This document shows, piece after piece, positions 1-9,642 of a DNA stretch of 64,000 nucleotides; positions within the stretch are counted from its first letter, which is position 1; each line of letters starts with the position of its first letter. Source of the stretch: Planctomycetota bacterium (GTDB taxonomy: Bacteria; Planctomycetota; PLA2; JAEUHO01). The notes beneath the pieces were generated by a model, which did not search any database, was not told the DNA's origin, and saw nothing but the letters and a program-made list of their open reading frames with translations. The stretch covers positions 2,880,001-2,944,000 of the forward strand of contig CBDCTJ010000007.1 in NCBI GenBank assembly GCA_965222115.1, in the 5' to 3' direction. The position numbers were made by a program, and so were the translations under genes.

Positions 1-210
1 ACACACGCGCCCCTCAGGGCGGCCACCCTAAGTGATCTAGGCGATGTCTGCTCCCTTGAAGATGGCGAAGTTCGCTTGCGCGTGAAACGCAACGACGTCG
101 CGGGCGCCGCGCAAGCCTTACTGCAACGTATTCGCGTGGCGGATCTCTCCATCGAAGACGACGACATGGCATCAATCGTCGAACGCATCTATCGAGATCG
201 CACGCCGTGA
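1..210 (+). CDS. ABC transporter ATP-binding protein, C-terminal fragment (5' truncated by window)
   Basis: Frame 1 is open to TGA at 208-210 and ends ...RVADLSIEDDDMASIVERIYRDRTP, a typical ABC-2 ATPase tail. GTGA overlap with the following permease. Confidence 0.75.
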   Translation, partial: THAPLRAATLSDLGDVCSLEDGEVRLRVKRNDVAGAAQALLQRIRVADLSIEDDDMASIVERIYRDRTP

Positions 211-1019
211 ACGTGCGACTCTTCTTTCACATTATGGGCGTCGAGGCCCGCAAGGCGATGTCGTACCGCGTGGACTTTTGGATTAGCGCTGTCCTTGTGT
301 TTGGCATCGCCCTGGGTGCGGCGTGGTTCCTGTGGAAGGCAATGTTCGCATCCGCAAATGTGACGTCGATGGGTGGATTCTCCTTTGATGCGATCATCCT
401 CTACATGGTGGTTGTTGTGCTGCTGCAACGCGTAATCCGCAGCCCCATGGTCGACAGCACCGTGTCGGGCGACATCTACACCGGATCGCTCAATCGATAC
501 CTCGTGCTGCCCATCCCCTATTTGCCCGCCAAGTACGCGGAACACATCGGTGCGCTGACCCCGTCCTTCATACAGCTCGGACTCTTTGGCGTAGTCGTAG
601 CGTTCGTCTTGGGCATCCCAAGTGACGTCTCGCTCACGTGGGGCAGTGTCGCCGCATGCGTGCTGGCCGTTTTCGTAGCGCAACTTGTGTACTTCTTGAT
701 GGACTTCCCACTCCAAGCCACGGCGTTTTGGGCCGACAACGTGTGGAGCCTTAGCGTGGCGCTTCGCATGACGACTACACTACTCGGCGGCGCGCTAATC
801 CCCCTTACGATGTTTCCTGAATGGGCGCAATCCGCCTTGTCGTGGACACCGTTTCCGATTCTCTACCATTTGCCGGCCCAAACGCTTCTCGGCCGCGTTG
901 ACCTGGCAACATGGGGCCGCGCGCTACTCATCGCCTGCGGGTGGATCGTGGTCCTGCGCTTCTTTTGTGCGTGGGTGTGGAATCGAGGACGTTTGCGGTA
1001 CAGCGGGGTGGGCATGTAG
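207..1019 (+). CDS. ABC-2 family transporter permease (DUF990 type)
   Basis: Multiple TM segments; YRVDFW, IYTGSLNRYLVLP and GGALIPLTMFP motifs. Confidence 0.85.
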   Translation: MNVRLFFHIMGVEARKAMSYRVDFWISAVLVFGIALGAAWFLWKAMFASANVTSMGGFSFDAIILYMVVVVLLQRVIRSPMVDSTVSGDIYTGSLNRYLVLPIPYLPAKYAEHIGALTPSFIQLGLFGVVVAFVLGIPSDVSLTWGSVAACVLAVFVAQLVYFLMDFPLQATAFWADNVWSLSVALRMTTTLLGGALIPLTMFPEWAQSALSWTPFPILYHLPAQTLLGRVDLATWGRALLIACGWIVVLRFFCAWVWNRGRLRYSGVGM

Positions 1020-1805
1020 ATGCGCTACGTTCGTCTCTACGCCCATTTCCTCCGATTCTCGTTCGTAAAGGCGATGGAGTTTCGACTCGATTTCTTCTTT
1101 CGTGTGGGTATGGACGCGCTGTGGTACGCCGTTCAACTGTTGTTCTTCGATATTCTCTTTCTACAGACCGATACGCTCATGGGCTGGACCCCGGATCAAG
1201 TGCGCCTATTTGTGGCGTCTATGTTCGTCTCCGATGCGATCCACATGACAGTGTTCGCCAACAACATGTGGTGGTTCCCCATCTTTGTGAACCGCGGCGA
1301 CCTCGACTTCTACCTCGTGCGACCGGTCTCCACGCTCTACTTCTTGAGCCTGCGCGACTTCGCGGCCAACTCGTTCCTAAATCTCTTGTTGGCGTTCGGC
1401 ATCCTGATCTATATGTTTGCGGCACACGGTGGCGACATCTCGACCGGGCGCTTGGTGCTTTATGCACTAGGACTCGGCCTCGGAGTCCTTCTGCATTACA
1501 TCTTGAAGCTCCTGTTCATGTTGCCTGTGTTTTGGATGCACCGCGCCGACGGCCTTCGCACAATCTGGTTTGGTATGGGCCCCTTCTTCCATCGCCCCGA
1601 CTCGATCTACCAAGGCTGGATTCGACGCGTGCTCACGTCGGTGATCCCACTACTCCTCATCGTCTCATTCCCCGTGCGCATTCTCTTCGACGACAATCCA
1701 TGGGCGATACTTGGCCAGATGGCCCTCACCACGTGCATCGCCTTCGCGATCATGGTCGCCGTGTGGCGCATTGCGGTACGAAGCTACAGTAGCGCTAGTT
1801 CTTAA
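1020..1805 (+). CDS. ABC-2 family transporter permease, second subunit
   Basis: MEFRLDFF and GDLDFYLVRPVS motifs, TM segments, adjacent to the previous permease. Confidence 0.85.
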   Translation: MRYVRLYAHFLRFSFVKAMEFRLDFFFRVGMDALWYAVQLLFFDILFLQTDTLMGWTPDQVRLFVASMFVSDAIHMTVFANNMWWFPIFVNRGDLDFYLVRPVSTLYFLSLRDFAANSFLNLLLAFGILIYMFAAHGGDISTGRLVLYALGLGLGVLLHYILKLLFMLPVFWMHRADGLRTIWFGMGPFFHRPDSIYQGWIRRVLTSVIPLLLIVSFPVRILFDDNPWAILGQMALTTCIAFAIMVAVWRIAVRSYSSASS

Positions 1806-1933
1806 CGCTTAGGGCGCCACCCTACCGATTCACGCCCCTTCCTCGAGCTGAAGCTCAAATCTCGTTCCGTACCGATCCCCTTCCCTCTTAGCTTCTGACA
1901 TGCACCGCCTCCAACGCCACCCGTTATGTGCCT

Positions 1934-2728
1934 CTACTGCGCCATCACCTCACCTGTCGTCAAGTCAATCAGAAAGTCGTTCGCGTCGCCATCGGGTAGT
2001 AGCTGTGTGGCTAATAACGCTTCACTCGTACCATCGAAGGTCAAGTCGCCCTCGAGGTCACCATCATCAGATCGCACGTCCATGGAGAGTTCAGCGCTGG
2101 GATACTGGCCAGCAGGGACCGCCAAGTCGTCTAACGCAACGTCAAGCCACTGGTACTGAACTTCGCAGCTCTGTTGCGCAAACGTGATATCGCCATCGGT
2201 TGTGGCGGGAACGGCGGGGGAACCGTCACCGGGATTGCTCAAGGTCGTCGTGAGGACACCGGTGGTCATGTACGCCTGATCGATGTCGAAGCTTGTCCGT
2301 ACAACAGTCCCGTCGGGGATCTGGGCCAAGAACTGCTCGTTCGTGACGGTCCCCGCGGCAAGACCGGCGAAAAGGAGGAAGAACGTTGGCCCTGCGCCTG
2401 GAAACGTAGTCTGCCCCGTACCGTCGTCCGTCCCATCGCCATCGATGTCAAAAACCCAATTCACGCCAGGGGAAGGAATCAACACGAAACCATCCAAGCG
2501 CGCGGCGGGGGTTTGCGTAGCGCCGTCAGCGCCTATGCCTTGCAGAGCATCTAGGAGCGTCGTCCATTCGTCGAGTGTCTGCGCGGCGCACCCCGACAAG
2601 ATATCGGCGGCAATCGTCTGGGAGTCGCGTGGGGGTGTTCCGCCGCCCGGAGCACCGCCGCCACCGGACGATCCGCCGCACGCGGTGGCCATACCAGCGA
2701 ATACAAGTAGTGCAAGAACTCGAATCAT
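1934..2728 (-). CDS. Hypothetical acidic lipoprotein
   Basis: MIRVLALLVFAGMATA-C lipobox-like signal, Gly linker, Asp-rich beta-type body including DIDGDGTDD. Confidence 0.7.
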   Translation of the reverse strand: MIRVLALLVFAGMATACGGSSGGGGAPGGGTPPRDSQTIAADILSGCAAQTLDEWTTLLDALQGIGADGATQTPAARLDGFVLIPSPGVNWVFDIDGDGTDDGTGQTTFPGAGPTFFLLFAGLAAGTVTNEQFLAQIPDGTVVRTSFDIDQAYMTTGVLTTTLSNPGDGSPAVPATTDGDITFAQQSCEVQYQWLDVALDDLAVPAGQYPSAELSMDVRSDDGDLEGDLTFDGTSEALLATQLLPDGDANDFLIDLTTGEVMAQ

Positions 2729-2743
2729 GCGCGGCACTCCCGG

Positions 2744-4096
2744 CTACTCAATTTCATAGTCTTTCATCTTCTCCCACAAGTTCTTACGGGAGATACCCAA
2801 AACTTTGGCGGCGTTTGCGCGGTGCCCCTCGGTTCCACGAAGCACGCGACGGATATGATTGGCTTCCGCGGTACGCACGACTTCGCGCAACGTCACGAGC
2901 GGCCCATCACCCTGATCATCGCCGCCCTTGCGCTTGCGACGCAACGCACCTTCCAACAATAGGTCGCGCGGCAGCACCTTGTCGCTACCTACGAGCGCGA
3001 GTGCGCGTTCCACCGCATTTTCAAGCTCGCGAACGTTTCCAGGCCAACGATAGGCACACAACTCGGCCATCACCTCGGGCTCAACACTAAACTCTTCGTC
3101 GCCACTCAACTTTTCAATGAAGTGCTGCACCAGCAACGGAATGTCATCGTTGCGTTCACGAAGTGGAGGAAGGTCGATGGGAACCACATTGAGTCGGTAA
3201 TAGAGGTCTTCGCGGAATTCACCGTCATCCACCGCTTCACTGAGATCCACTTTCGTTGCAGCAATCACGCGCACATCGACGGGTATCGCTTTCTCGCTGC
3301 CCAGCGGCTCGACCTCGCCCTCCTGGAGTACTCGCAATAGCTTGACCTGCGTTTCCATTGGCATGTCGTCGATATCGTCCAGGAAGAGCGTGCCGCCATC
3401 GGCACGCTCAAAGCGACCGGCCTTGCGTTCTTTGGCATCGGTAAATGCGCCCTTCTCATGCCCAAAGATCTCGTCTTCCAACAACTGCGAAGGGATTGCC
3501 GCACACGCGAGCGGCACAAAAGCATTCTCCTTGCGGAGCGACGTGTCGTGAATTGCTCGCGCCACGCGCTCCTTTCCGGTGCCCGACTCACCGGTAATCA
3601 ATACGCGCGCATCCCGATCGGCAATGGTGCGAATGCGTTCTATGACACGCATCATGGGCGCGCTCATGCCAATCAGATTCTCGAGACCCCGTTCGCGGGC
3701 CAGTTCCTGTCGCAGTGCGTCGTTCTCGGTGCGTAGCCGACGAAACTCGCGAATCTTGCCCAGTTTTTCGAGGATCTCGCGATTGTTGAAGGGCTTTAGA
3801 ATGTAGTCAAACGCGCCCTTGCGCATGGCGTCCACCGCCGAGTCGATCGTGCCGTAGCCCGTAATCAGAATGACTTCGGCTGGCGAACGCTGGCCTTTAA
3901 TGGTTTCCAGCAACTCAAGCCCCGTCTTACCGGGCATGTTCATGTCGGTAATGACGACGTCGTACGCACCTTCTTGAAACTGAGTCAGGGCCGTGTCCCC
4001 GTCGTGGGCGACGTCCACGTCAAACCCCTCGCGCCGCAAATCATCGCTGAGTGTGATCGCGATGGCCTTTTCGTCGTCGGCAAGCAATACGCGCAA
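2744..4096 (-). CDS. Sigma54-dependent response regulator (REC-AAA+-Fis HTH, NtrC/AtoC family)
   Basis: REC domain (LADDE, DMNMPG), Walker A GESGTGKE, GAFTDA, WPGNVRELEN, C-terminal AAKVLGISRKNLWEK. TTG start at 4096 follows AGGAG. Confidence 0.92.
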   Translation of the reverse strand: MRVLLADDEKAIAITLSDDLRREGFDVDVAHDGDTALTQFQEGAYDVVITDMNMPGKTGLELLETIKGQRSPAEVILITGYGTIDSAVDAMRKGAFDYILKPFNNREILEKLGKIREFRRLRTENDALRQELARERGLENLIGMSAPMMRVIERIRTIADRDARVLITGESGTGKERVARAIHDTSLRKENAFVPLACAAIPSQLLEDEIFGHEKGAFTDAKERKAGRFERADGGTLFLDDIDDMPMETQVKLLRVLQEGEVEPLGSEKAIPVDVRVIAATKVDLSEAVDDGEFREDLYYRLNVVPIDLPPLRERNDDIPLLVQHFIEKLSGDEEFSVEPEVMAELCAYRWPGNVRELENAVERALALVGSDKVLPRDLLLEGALRRKRKGGDDQGDGPLVTLREVVRTAEANHIRRVLRGTEGHRANAAKVLGISRKNLWEKMKDYEIE

Positions 4097-4308
4097 AGGG
4101 GGGACTCCTGTCTCAGCCCCCGCACCGGCACAGGGCTGTGTGATTGTAGGGCCGCCGCCGGAATCCCGGACCAAACGGCGCCTCGAACCCACCGAGAAGC
4201 GTCCGAGCAGTGATTTCGTAGGTAGCTGCGAATTCGTAGGCACACATGCGACGCTGTCTATAGTTCTGTGTACGCATTCGCGCACCCCACCAAGGAATCG
4301 ATGCTCCC

Positions 4309-4554
4309 ATGCCACGGTCGCTCAGCTCCCTCGAATCCGCCACACTCAATGTGATTCTCACGACAATGGATGAGGCCGATGGCTGGCTCGATCTCACACG
4401 CGTGTGCAGTCGTACGGGCCGCCATCTGGCCGACGTCCGAGAATGCGTGGCGCGACTTGTACGCTACAAAATGATCGCCATCGACGAGTCGGCGCCCAAC
4501 AACAAGCGTTGGATCCGGTTTGTTCACCCAGAGGCCTCGGTTAACGAAGCGTAG
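4309..4554 (+). CDS. Small hypothetical protein, possible winged helix
   Basis: 81-aa ORF fills the gap between longer genes; helix-helix-helix-strand pattern (LDLTRVCSRTGRHLADVRECVARLVRYKMIAI). Confidence 0.5.
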   Translation: MPRSLSSLESATLNVILTTMDEADGWLDLTRVCSRTGRHLADVRECVARLVRYKMIAIDESAPNNKRWIRFVHPEASVNEA

Positions 4555-4624
4555 GGTTCCGCTGTGGTCGTACCCAACTCATCTCTGTGTGAGGTAATCC
4601 ATATGCAGCGAACAAGTGAAGCAA

Positions 4625-7018
4625 TTATCCGGGTCGCAGTACGAGCGTAGTCCCATTAATGGGCGTATCGGTAAGACGCATTGGGATGCCGCGGTTGAGC
4701 AACCAGCGATGCGTCAAGTCGTTGTAATGACTGGATCCCGGACGCTCGGACTGGCCCCCGGGCATGATCATCGTGGCCTTGTTTGGCTGACCAAGATCAA
4801 CGACGAAACGCAACGACGCACCGGAATAGACGCGAGCGGGATTGGTGTGTCTGTACTGACCACTGCACACTGAAAACGGACCGCCGCCTAGTTCATAGGG
4901 ACCACGCGCATAGGCGCGGCGGGTCCACGGGGATCCAGACACCGGATGACTCAGCGTAAGTGCGTGCGCTTCCCCCCACCGAATACGCGTTGTGCCAAAC
5001 GTGCTTCGTAGCGACGTTTGCGCATCCGTCAACGCCTCGGCAAAGAGTGTGGACCGTACGTCTTCGGGAACCCAAGCACTTTGATCGGATTCAAAGGCTT
5101 CAAAGAGTGCGGCATGCACTAGATTGATGGATCCCATCCAGCGATTCAATACATAAGCACCCAGTCGCGGCTCAAACGTTCGTCGCACAAGATGGTGAAA
5201 CGTGAAGTGCCACAACGCAGCGTCGGTGGAAGCGACTCCTTCCACACCGTCCCACGCAATCAGTTGGTCCAAGGCGGAGGCCAGTCCGGGCACCTTGGCG
5301 CGCACATGCGGTGCCAGTGGCAGCAAGATTGACGAGCGGAAACGACGTACAGCGTGACTTACGTGATCCATCTGAATCGCCGCGAGACTCTTCTGGGTGT
5401 GTTGATGCTGGGAATCAAGTCGTTCAACGATTCGATCACTTCGATTCGCTGGTTCGTAGAGATGGCTAATGTAGGTTTCATAGTCCCCGGCAACGTGCGG
5501 TTGATTGGCCGACGCGCACACTTCGCTTTCGGTCACGTCCCACGCAGGCAGTGACGTTGCATCGACGTAGCCCATCCAATCGCTCTTCCGAGTTGTGCCG
5601 TCTCGCGGCAACGCCGGATGCGCTGGTGCTCCATGACCACGCATGGCGCGTCGTGGCACCCGGCCAACCAGTCGGTAGTGCGCACGCCCCTCCACATCGG
5701 CCAAAAGCAGATTTTGTGCCGGGGAGCCATAGTCAAGGAAGGCCTCACGCGCCTCATCAACGGAGCGAGCGCGACCAAGCGCAAGGAATGCCTCGACGTC
5801 ACGACTGGGTTCCGTCATAGCGAACCGAATGGAATAGTGGGGTCCACCGGATTGTCCGTAGGCATCACTCAATAGGGGCCCGCGATGCGTGTACCGTTGT
5901 CGATAGACGTTGGGCGCGCCTCCCTTGCGCTCGATACGTTTCGTTTCGACGCGCAGCCGCTGCCATTTGCCGTCTAGGCGGTAACGCGTTCCGGCCGTAT
6001 CGAGTTCTTCTATCCAGAGATCGGCGTCGTCCACCATCGCATTGGTCACACCCCACGCAATCGTGTTCGTGCGCCCAAGAACAACGCCAGGTACACCGGG
6101 AATCGACGCGCCCACGGCACGGTACGTGTCGCCTCGAACACTCGACAGGTACCAAATGCTGGGCAGTCCAAGCTCTAGATGTGGATCGTTCGCGAGTATA
6201 GGCGCACCCGAAGTACTCCGCGCGCTGCCCACCATGAACGCATTGCTACCGCGCATCGCAATATGATGGGGCCCAAAAATCGGCACGCGCGAGCGCGCTG
6301 GGCTCGTGAGCCGCAGCATGGCTTCTTGTTCAAAGTTGCTGGCGTCAGGAAGCAACTCGCCCAATCGCCGTGGGTTGTCGCTCAAACGCTCGGCAACTGC
6401 GTGAAACACCTGCGCCGTCTGCCACTTGAACGAAAGCATCAACGCCATCGCCTTCGTGATGAGAATCGAGTCAACTGGCGTCCATGGCCGTATGCGCAAC
6501 TTCAGTAAGCGCATGGCAGGCGACGGGTGACGACGCAGTCGCCTCGCGGCGGCGTTTACCCCTTCCGCGTAGGCTTGGAGGAGGCCCTGCGCTTCCGCGC
6601 TCAACATGTCAAACGAGCCGCGTGCCGAAGCAACAAGTCCAATGCCGCGCATAAATCGGTCGCTGTCCACGCTGGTTTGACCGCGTGAAAAGGGCAGGGC
6701 CACATCACGATCGCCAATGGTGGCTGCGAGCCGACCGCGCAGGACCCGTCGCAACATATCCATTTGCACGTAGCGATCCAACGCGTGGCAATATCCGTGC
6801 GCTCGCATCGCGTCGGCGTCGGACGTTGCACGAATGTGGGGAACGCCATGCGCGTCTCGCGAGATGCTGGCCTCGTCGGTGAGTCCACGCAGTCGTGTTT
6901 CGCTACCATGCGGCCATGGACTTCGCCGCCCACCTGCATCGACAACCATCTTGATGAGCCGCCCACCGATGGCGTCCTTCAAGCGCCAAGTGAGCGGACG
7001 TTTATTACGCTGGGGCAC
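4625..7018 (-). CDS. Penicillin acylase family protein (Ntn hydrolase, S45)
   Basis: RDAHGVPHI, GYCHALDR, catalytic G-SNAFMV, ANDPHL, PGGQS motifs. Confidence 0.92.
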   Translation of the reverse strand: MPQRNKRPLTWRLKDAIGGRLIKMVVDAGGRRSPWPHGSETRLRGLTDEASISRDAHGVPHIRATSDADAMRAHGYCHALDRYVQMDMLRRVLRGRLAATIGDRDVALPFSRGQTSVDSDRFMRGIGLVASARGSFDMLSAEAQGLLQAYAEGVNAAARRLRRHPSPAMRLLKLRIRPWTPVDSILITKAMALMLSFKWQTAQVFHAVAERLSDNPRRLGELLPDASNFEQEAMLRLTSPARSRVPIFGPHHIAMRGSNAFMVGSARSTSGAPILANDPHLELGLPSIWYLSSVRGDTYRAVGASIPGVPGVVLGRTNTIAWGVTNAMVDDADLWIEELDTAGTRYRLDGKWQRLRVETKRIERKGGAPNVYRQRYTHRGPLLSDAYGQSGGPHYSIRFAMTEPSRDVEAFLALGRARSVDEAREAFLDYGSPAQNLLLADVEGRAHYRLVGRVPRRAMRGHGAPAHPALPRDGTTRKSDWMGYVDATSLPAWDVTESEVCASANQPHVAGDYETYISHLYEPANRSDRIVERLDSQHQHTQKSLAAIQMDHVSHAVRRFRSSILLPLAPHVRAKVPGLASALDQLIAWDGVEGVASTDAALWHFTFHHLVRRTFEPRLGAYVLNRWMGSINLVHAALFEAFESDQSAWVPEDVRSTLFAEALTDAQTSLRSTFGTTRIRWGEAHALTLSHPVSGSPWTRRAYARGPYELGGGPFSVCSGQYRHTNPARVYSGASLRFVVDLGQPNKATMIMPGGQSERPGSSHYNDLTHRWLLNRGIPMRLTDTPINGTTLVLRPG

Positions 7019-7031
7019 CCGCGCTGCGTTT

Positions 7032-8465
7032 CTATTCGTTGTGCCACGTGGCGCCGATGTCGCGATACTTCTTTAGCCGCTCTCGAAACATCTCTTTGAT
7101 GCGTTTCATAACCGCCTCGGTCTTCCCCTCAAACACCAGCACCAATTCCGGAAGGTTCGACGAGGGTCGCACGAGTCCCCACCCATCGGGGAACTGCACG
7201 CGCGCGCCATTGATAGTGTTCACCGCTTCTCCGAACTCGCCCACAAGATCCTCAACAACTTGTTTCATGACGTCGTATTTGACTTCGTCCGCACAATCCA
7301 CGTGAATTTCATTGCTCGTCACATACTGCGGTGCGTCCGCTAGCATCTCGGCAAGTGGCTTCCCGGCGTCGACCACCGCTTCCGCAAGTTTCAGCCCAGC
7401 AAACAAGCCGTCGTCGTAGCCGTGAAAGCCCGCACGCACAAAAATATGTCCACTGCGCTCGCCCGCGAGTGGCGCATCCATTTCGATCATCTTCGATTTG
7501 ATGTAGGAGTGCCCCGTCTTCCACATCACGGGTCGTCCGCCATGGGCAACGATGTCGTCAATCAAGGCTTGACTGCACTTGACGTCGAACACAATCGGTG
7601 CACCGGGCTGATCTGCCACAATCGGGCGCGCCAAAATCATCAAGACGCGATCCGACATGACGTCATTGCCTAGATGATCTTGCACACCCAAGCGATCTCC
7701 GTCTCCGTCAAACGAAAAGCCGAGGTCGGCGTTTGATTCGCGCACCGCCTTGCGGATGGCCTCACGGGCCTTCACATCCGATGGATTGGGAAAATGATTT
7801 GGGAAGTCGGCATTGGGTTCGCAAAATAGCGGCACCACCTCGCACCCCGCACGCTCAAATACCTCTTGGCAGAAGTACGCTGCCGTGCCATTGCCCGGAT
7901 CCAGCACGATCTTGAGCGGGCGACCGATATTGACGCGCTTGACCATGTCGCTGATGTAGGCCTCGCGAATGTCGTAGGTTTCGACGTCGCCCTCGCCGCT
8001 TCTGAACGATCCTTCGGTGCAAATGCTTTGAAGCCGCTCAATATCCGGCCGTAGCAATGTCTGAACGTAGTTGAGCGACATTTTGAGCCCGCTCCAGCCT
8101 TGTGGATTGTGACTCGCGGTAATCATGACACCTGCTTGGCAGTCCAAGTGAATCGTGGCGAAGTAAAGCGTGGGCGACAAGCCACACCCAATATCGATGG
8201 CATGAATGCCCGTAGCCACGAGGCCCTCCACAAAGCAGTCCCGCAAGCGTGCGCTGTAGTGGCGCAGATCGTGACCCACAACCACTTTGGTCAACCCGCG
8301 CTCTTGCGCCAACGTACCAAAGCCTTTGCCGAGCGAGCGCATACCGTCGTCGCTCAGTTCATTTTGAATGTCGGGGAAATACTCAGGAACGCGGCCGCGA
8401 ACATCGTATTCGCGAAACATGGTTGGGTTCATGGCGGGGGGCGTCGAAGGTGCCGAAGATGTCAC
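7032..8465 (-). CDS. Phosphomannomutase/phosphoglucomutase (AlgC-like)
   Basis: FREYDVRG, ITASHNP, DGDGDR, GERSGH and RPSSN motifs. Confidence 0.95.
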   Translation of the reverse strand: MTSSAPSTPPAMNPTMFREYDVRGRVPEYFPDIQNELSDDGMRSLGKGFGTLAQERGLTKVVVGHDLRHYSARLRDCFVEGLVATGIHAIDIGCGLSPTLYFATIHLDCQAGVMITASHNPQGWSGLKMSLNYVQTLLRPDIERLQSICTEGSFRSGEGDVETYDIREAYISDMVKRVNIGRPLKIVLDPGNGTAAYFCQEVFERAGCEVVPLFCEPNADFPNHFPNPSDVKAREAIRKAVRESNADLGFSFDGDGDRLGVQDHLGNDVMSDRVLMILARPIVADQPGAPIVFDVKCSQALIDDIVAHGGRPVMWKTGHSYIKSKMIEMDAPLAGERSGHIFVRAGFHGYDDGLFAGLKLAEAVVDAGKPLAEMLADAPQYVTSNEIHVDCADEVKYDVMKQVVEDLVGEFGEAVNTINGARVQFPDGWGLVRPSSNLPELVLVFEGKTEAVMKRIKEMFRERLKKYRDIGATWHNE

Positions 8466-8487
8466 AAAGATGCCTCGCTGGCGGGGT

Positions 8488-9507
8488 TTAGAGTTTCTCG
8501 TCGCGGTCAGACGTCAATCCAGCCTGAACCAAGCTATGAACATGCAACATGCCCACAACGCAGCCCGCATCATCCACCACGGGCAGCAAGAAAATGGGGC
8601 GTGGCTTGTGGCCTTCCATCATTTTCAGCGCATCAATGGCAAGCGTATCGTGACCCACCGAAGTTGGATCCTTGGTCATCAATGTGGAGATGGGACGATC
8701 AAGCAACGTGGACACATCGCCCCGCGCCACATGCAACGCGCGTCGCACATCACCGTCGGTAAGCAACCCGACCAACTGGCGGCGTTCGTCGATGATCGAA
8801 ACACCGCCAAGCGTATTACGGGTCACGACGTCGAGCGCTTCTCGAAACGTCGCGTTCTTGCCGATGGTCGGGTTCGTATGGTCGCCACGCAGCAAATCCA
8901 TGACACGTAGTGTGAGTTTCGTGCCAATGGCTCCACGCGGATGAAATAGGCGGTATTCACCCGCGCCGAACCCACGCACGTGCATGAGTGCCACCGTGAG
9001 TGCATCACCCAATGCGAGCGTCAGGATGGAAGACACGGTAGGCACCAAACCGGTGTCGTCGGCTTCTCGAAACTCGCCCCAGTCCAACGTCACATCCGCG
9101 GCTCGCCCTAATGCACTGTCAGCGACTCCGGTAAGCGCGATCACCTTGGCACCGAGATTGCGCATGACGGGTACGAGTTCAATGACTTCCCGCGTGGTTC
9201 CTGAGTTGCTGATCGCGATAACGACGTCTCGAGAGGTCACAATGCCCACGTCGCCGTGAAAACCCTCGGCGGGATGTAGAAACGAGGCCGGCGTACCCGT
9301 GGATACCATGGTGCTGGCAATCTTGCGCCCCACATGGCCCGACTTGCCCATGCCACACAGGATGACGCGTCCCTCACAGCCCAAGAGCAGTGACACCGCC
9401 TCTTCGAGTGACGCGCGCAGCGCCGGCATACGAGAAACGAGCTTAGCAAGTGCTTCGCTCTCCTGCTGCACGACATGGAGCGCGGTCTTGTAGGCGTCGC
9501 CGTTCAT
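8488..9507 (-). CDS. kdsD: Arabinose-5-phosphate isomerase, KpsF/GutQ family (SIS + 2 CBS)
   Basis: GMGKSGHVGRKIAST, HPAEGFHGD, SNSG, HPRGAIG, and CBS motif GLLTDGDVRR. Start approximate. Confidence 0.92.
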   Translation of the reverse strand: MNGDAYKTALHVVQQESEALAKLVSRMPALRASLEEAVSLLLGCEGRVILCGMGKSGHVGRKIASTMVSTGTPASFLHPAEGFHGDVGIVTSRDVVIAISNSGTTREVIELVPVMRNLGAKVIALTGVADSALGRAADVTLDWGEFREADDTGLVPTVSSILTLALGDALTVALMHVRGFGAGEYRLFHPRGAIGTKLTLRVMDLLRGDHTNPTIGKNATFREALDVVTRNTLGGVSIIDERRQLVGLLTDGDVRRALHVARGDVSTLLDRPISTLMTKDPTSVGHDTLAIDALKMMEGHKPRPIFLLPVVDDAGCVVGMLHVHSLVQAGLTSDRDEKL

Positions 9508-9642
9508 GGGCAGGAGCATACGGGGGCCGCACGCCTTTGCCTCGATCAATGACTTCGAAGCACTCCATTGTCGCCATGCGTGGCCAATCACGCCGCCGTG
9601 CGTCATGAAGGGAGCGCGGGCTCCAGAGCTTGCCCCGATCCC

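Noticed and set aside
4097-4315. 73-aa N-terminal extension of the sigma54 regulator
   Set aside because: A good RBS and TTG at 4096 start exactly at the REC domain.
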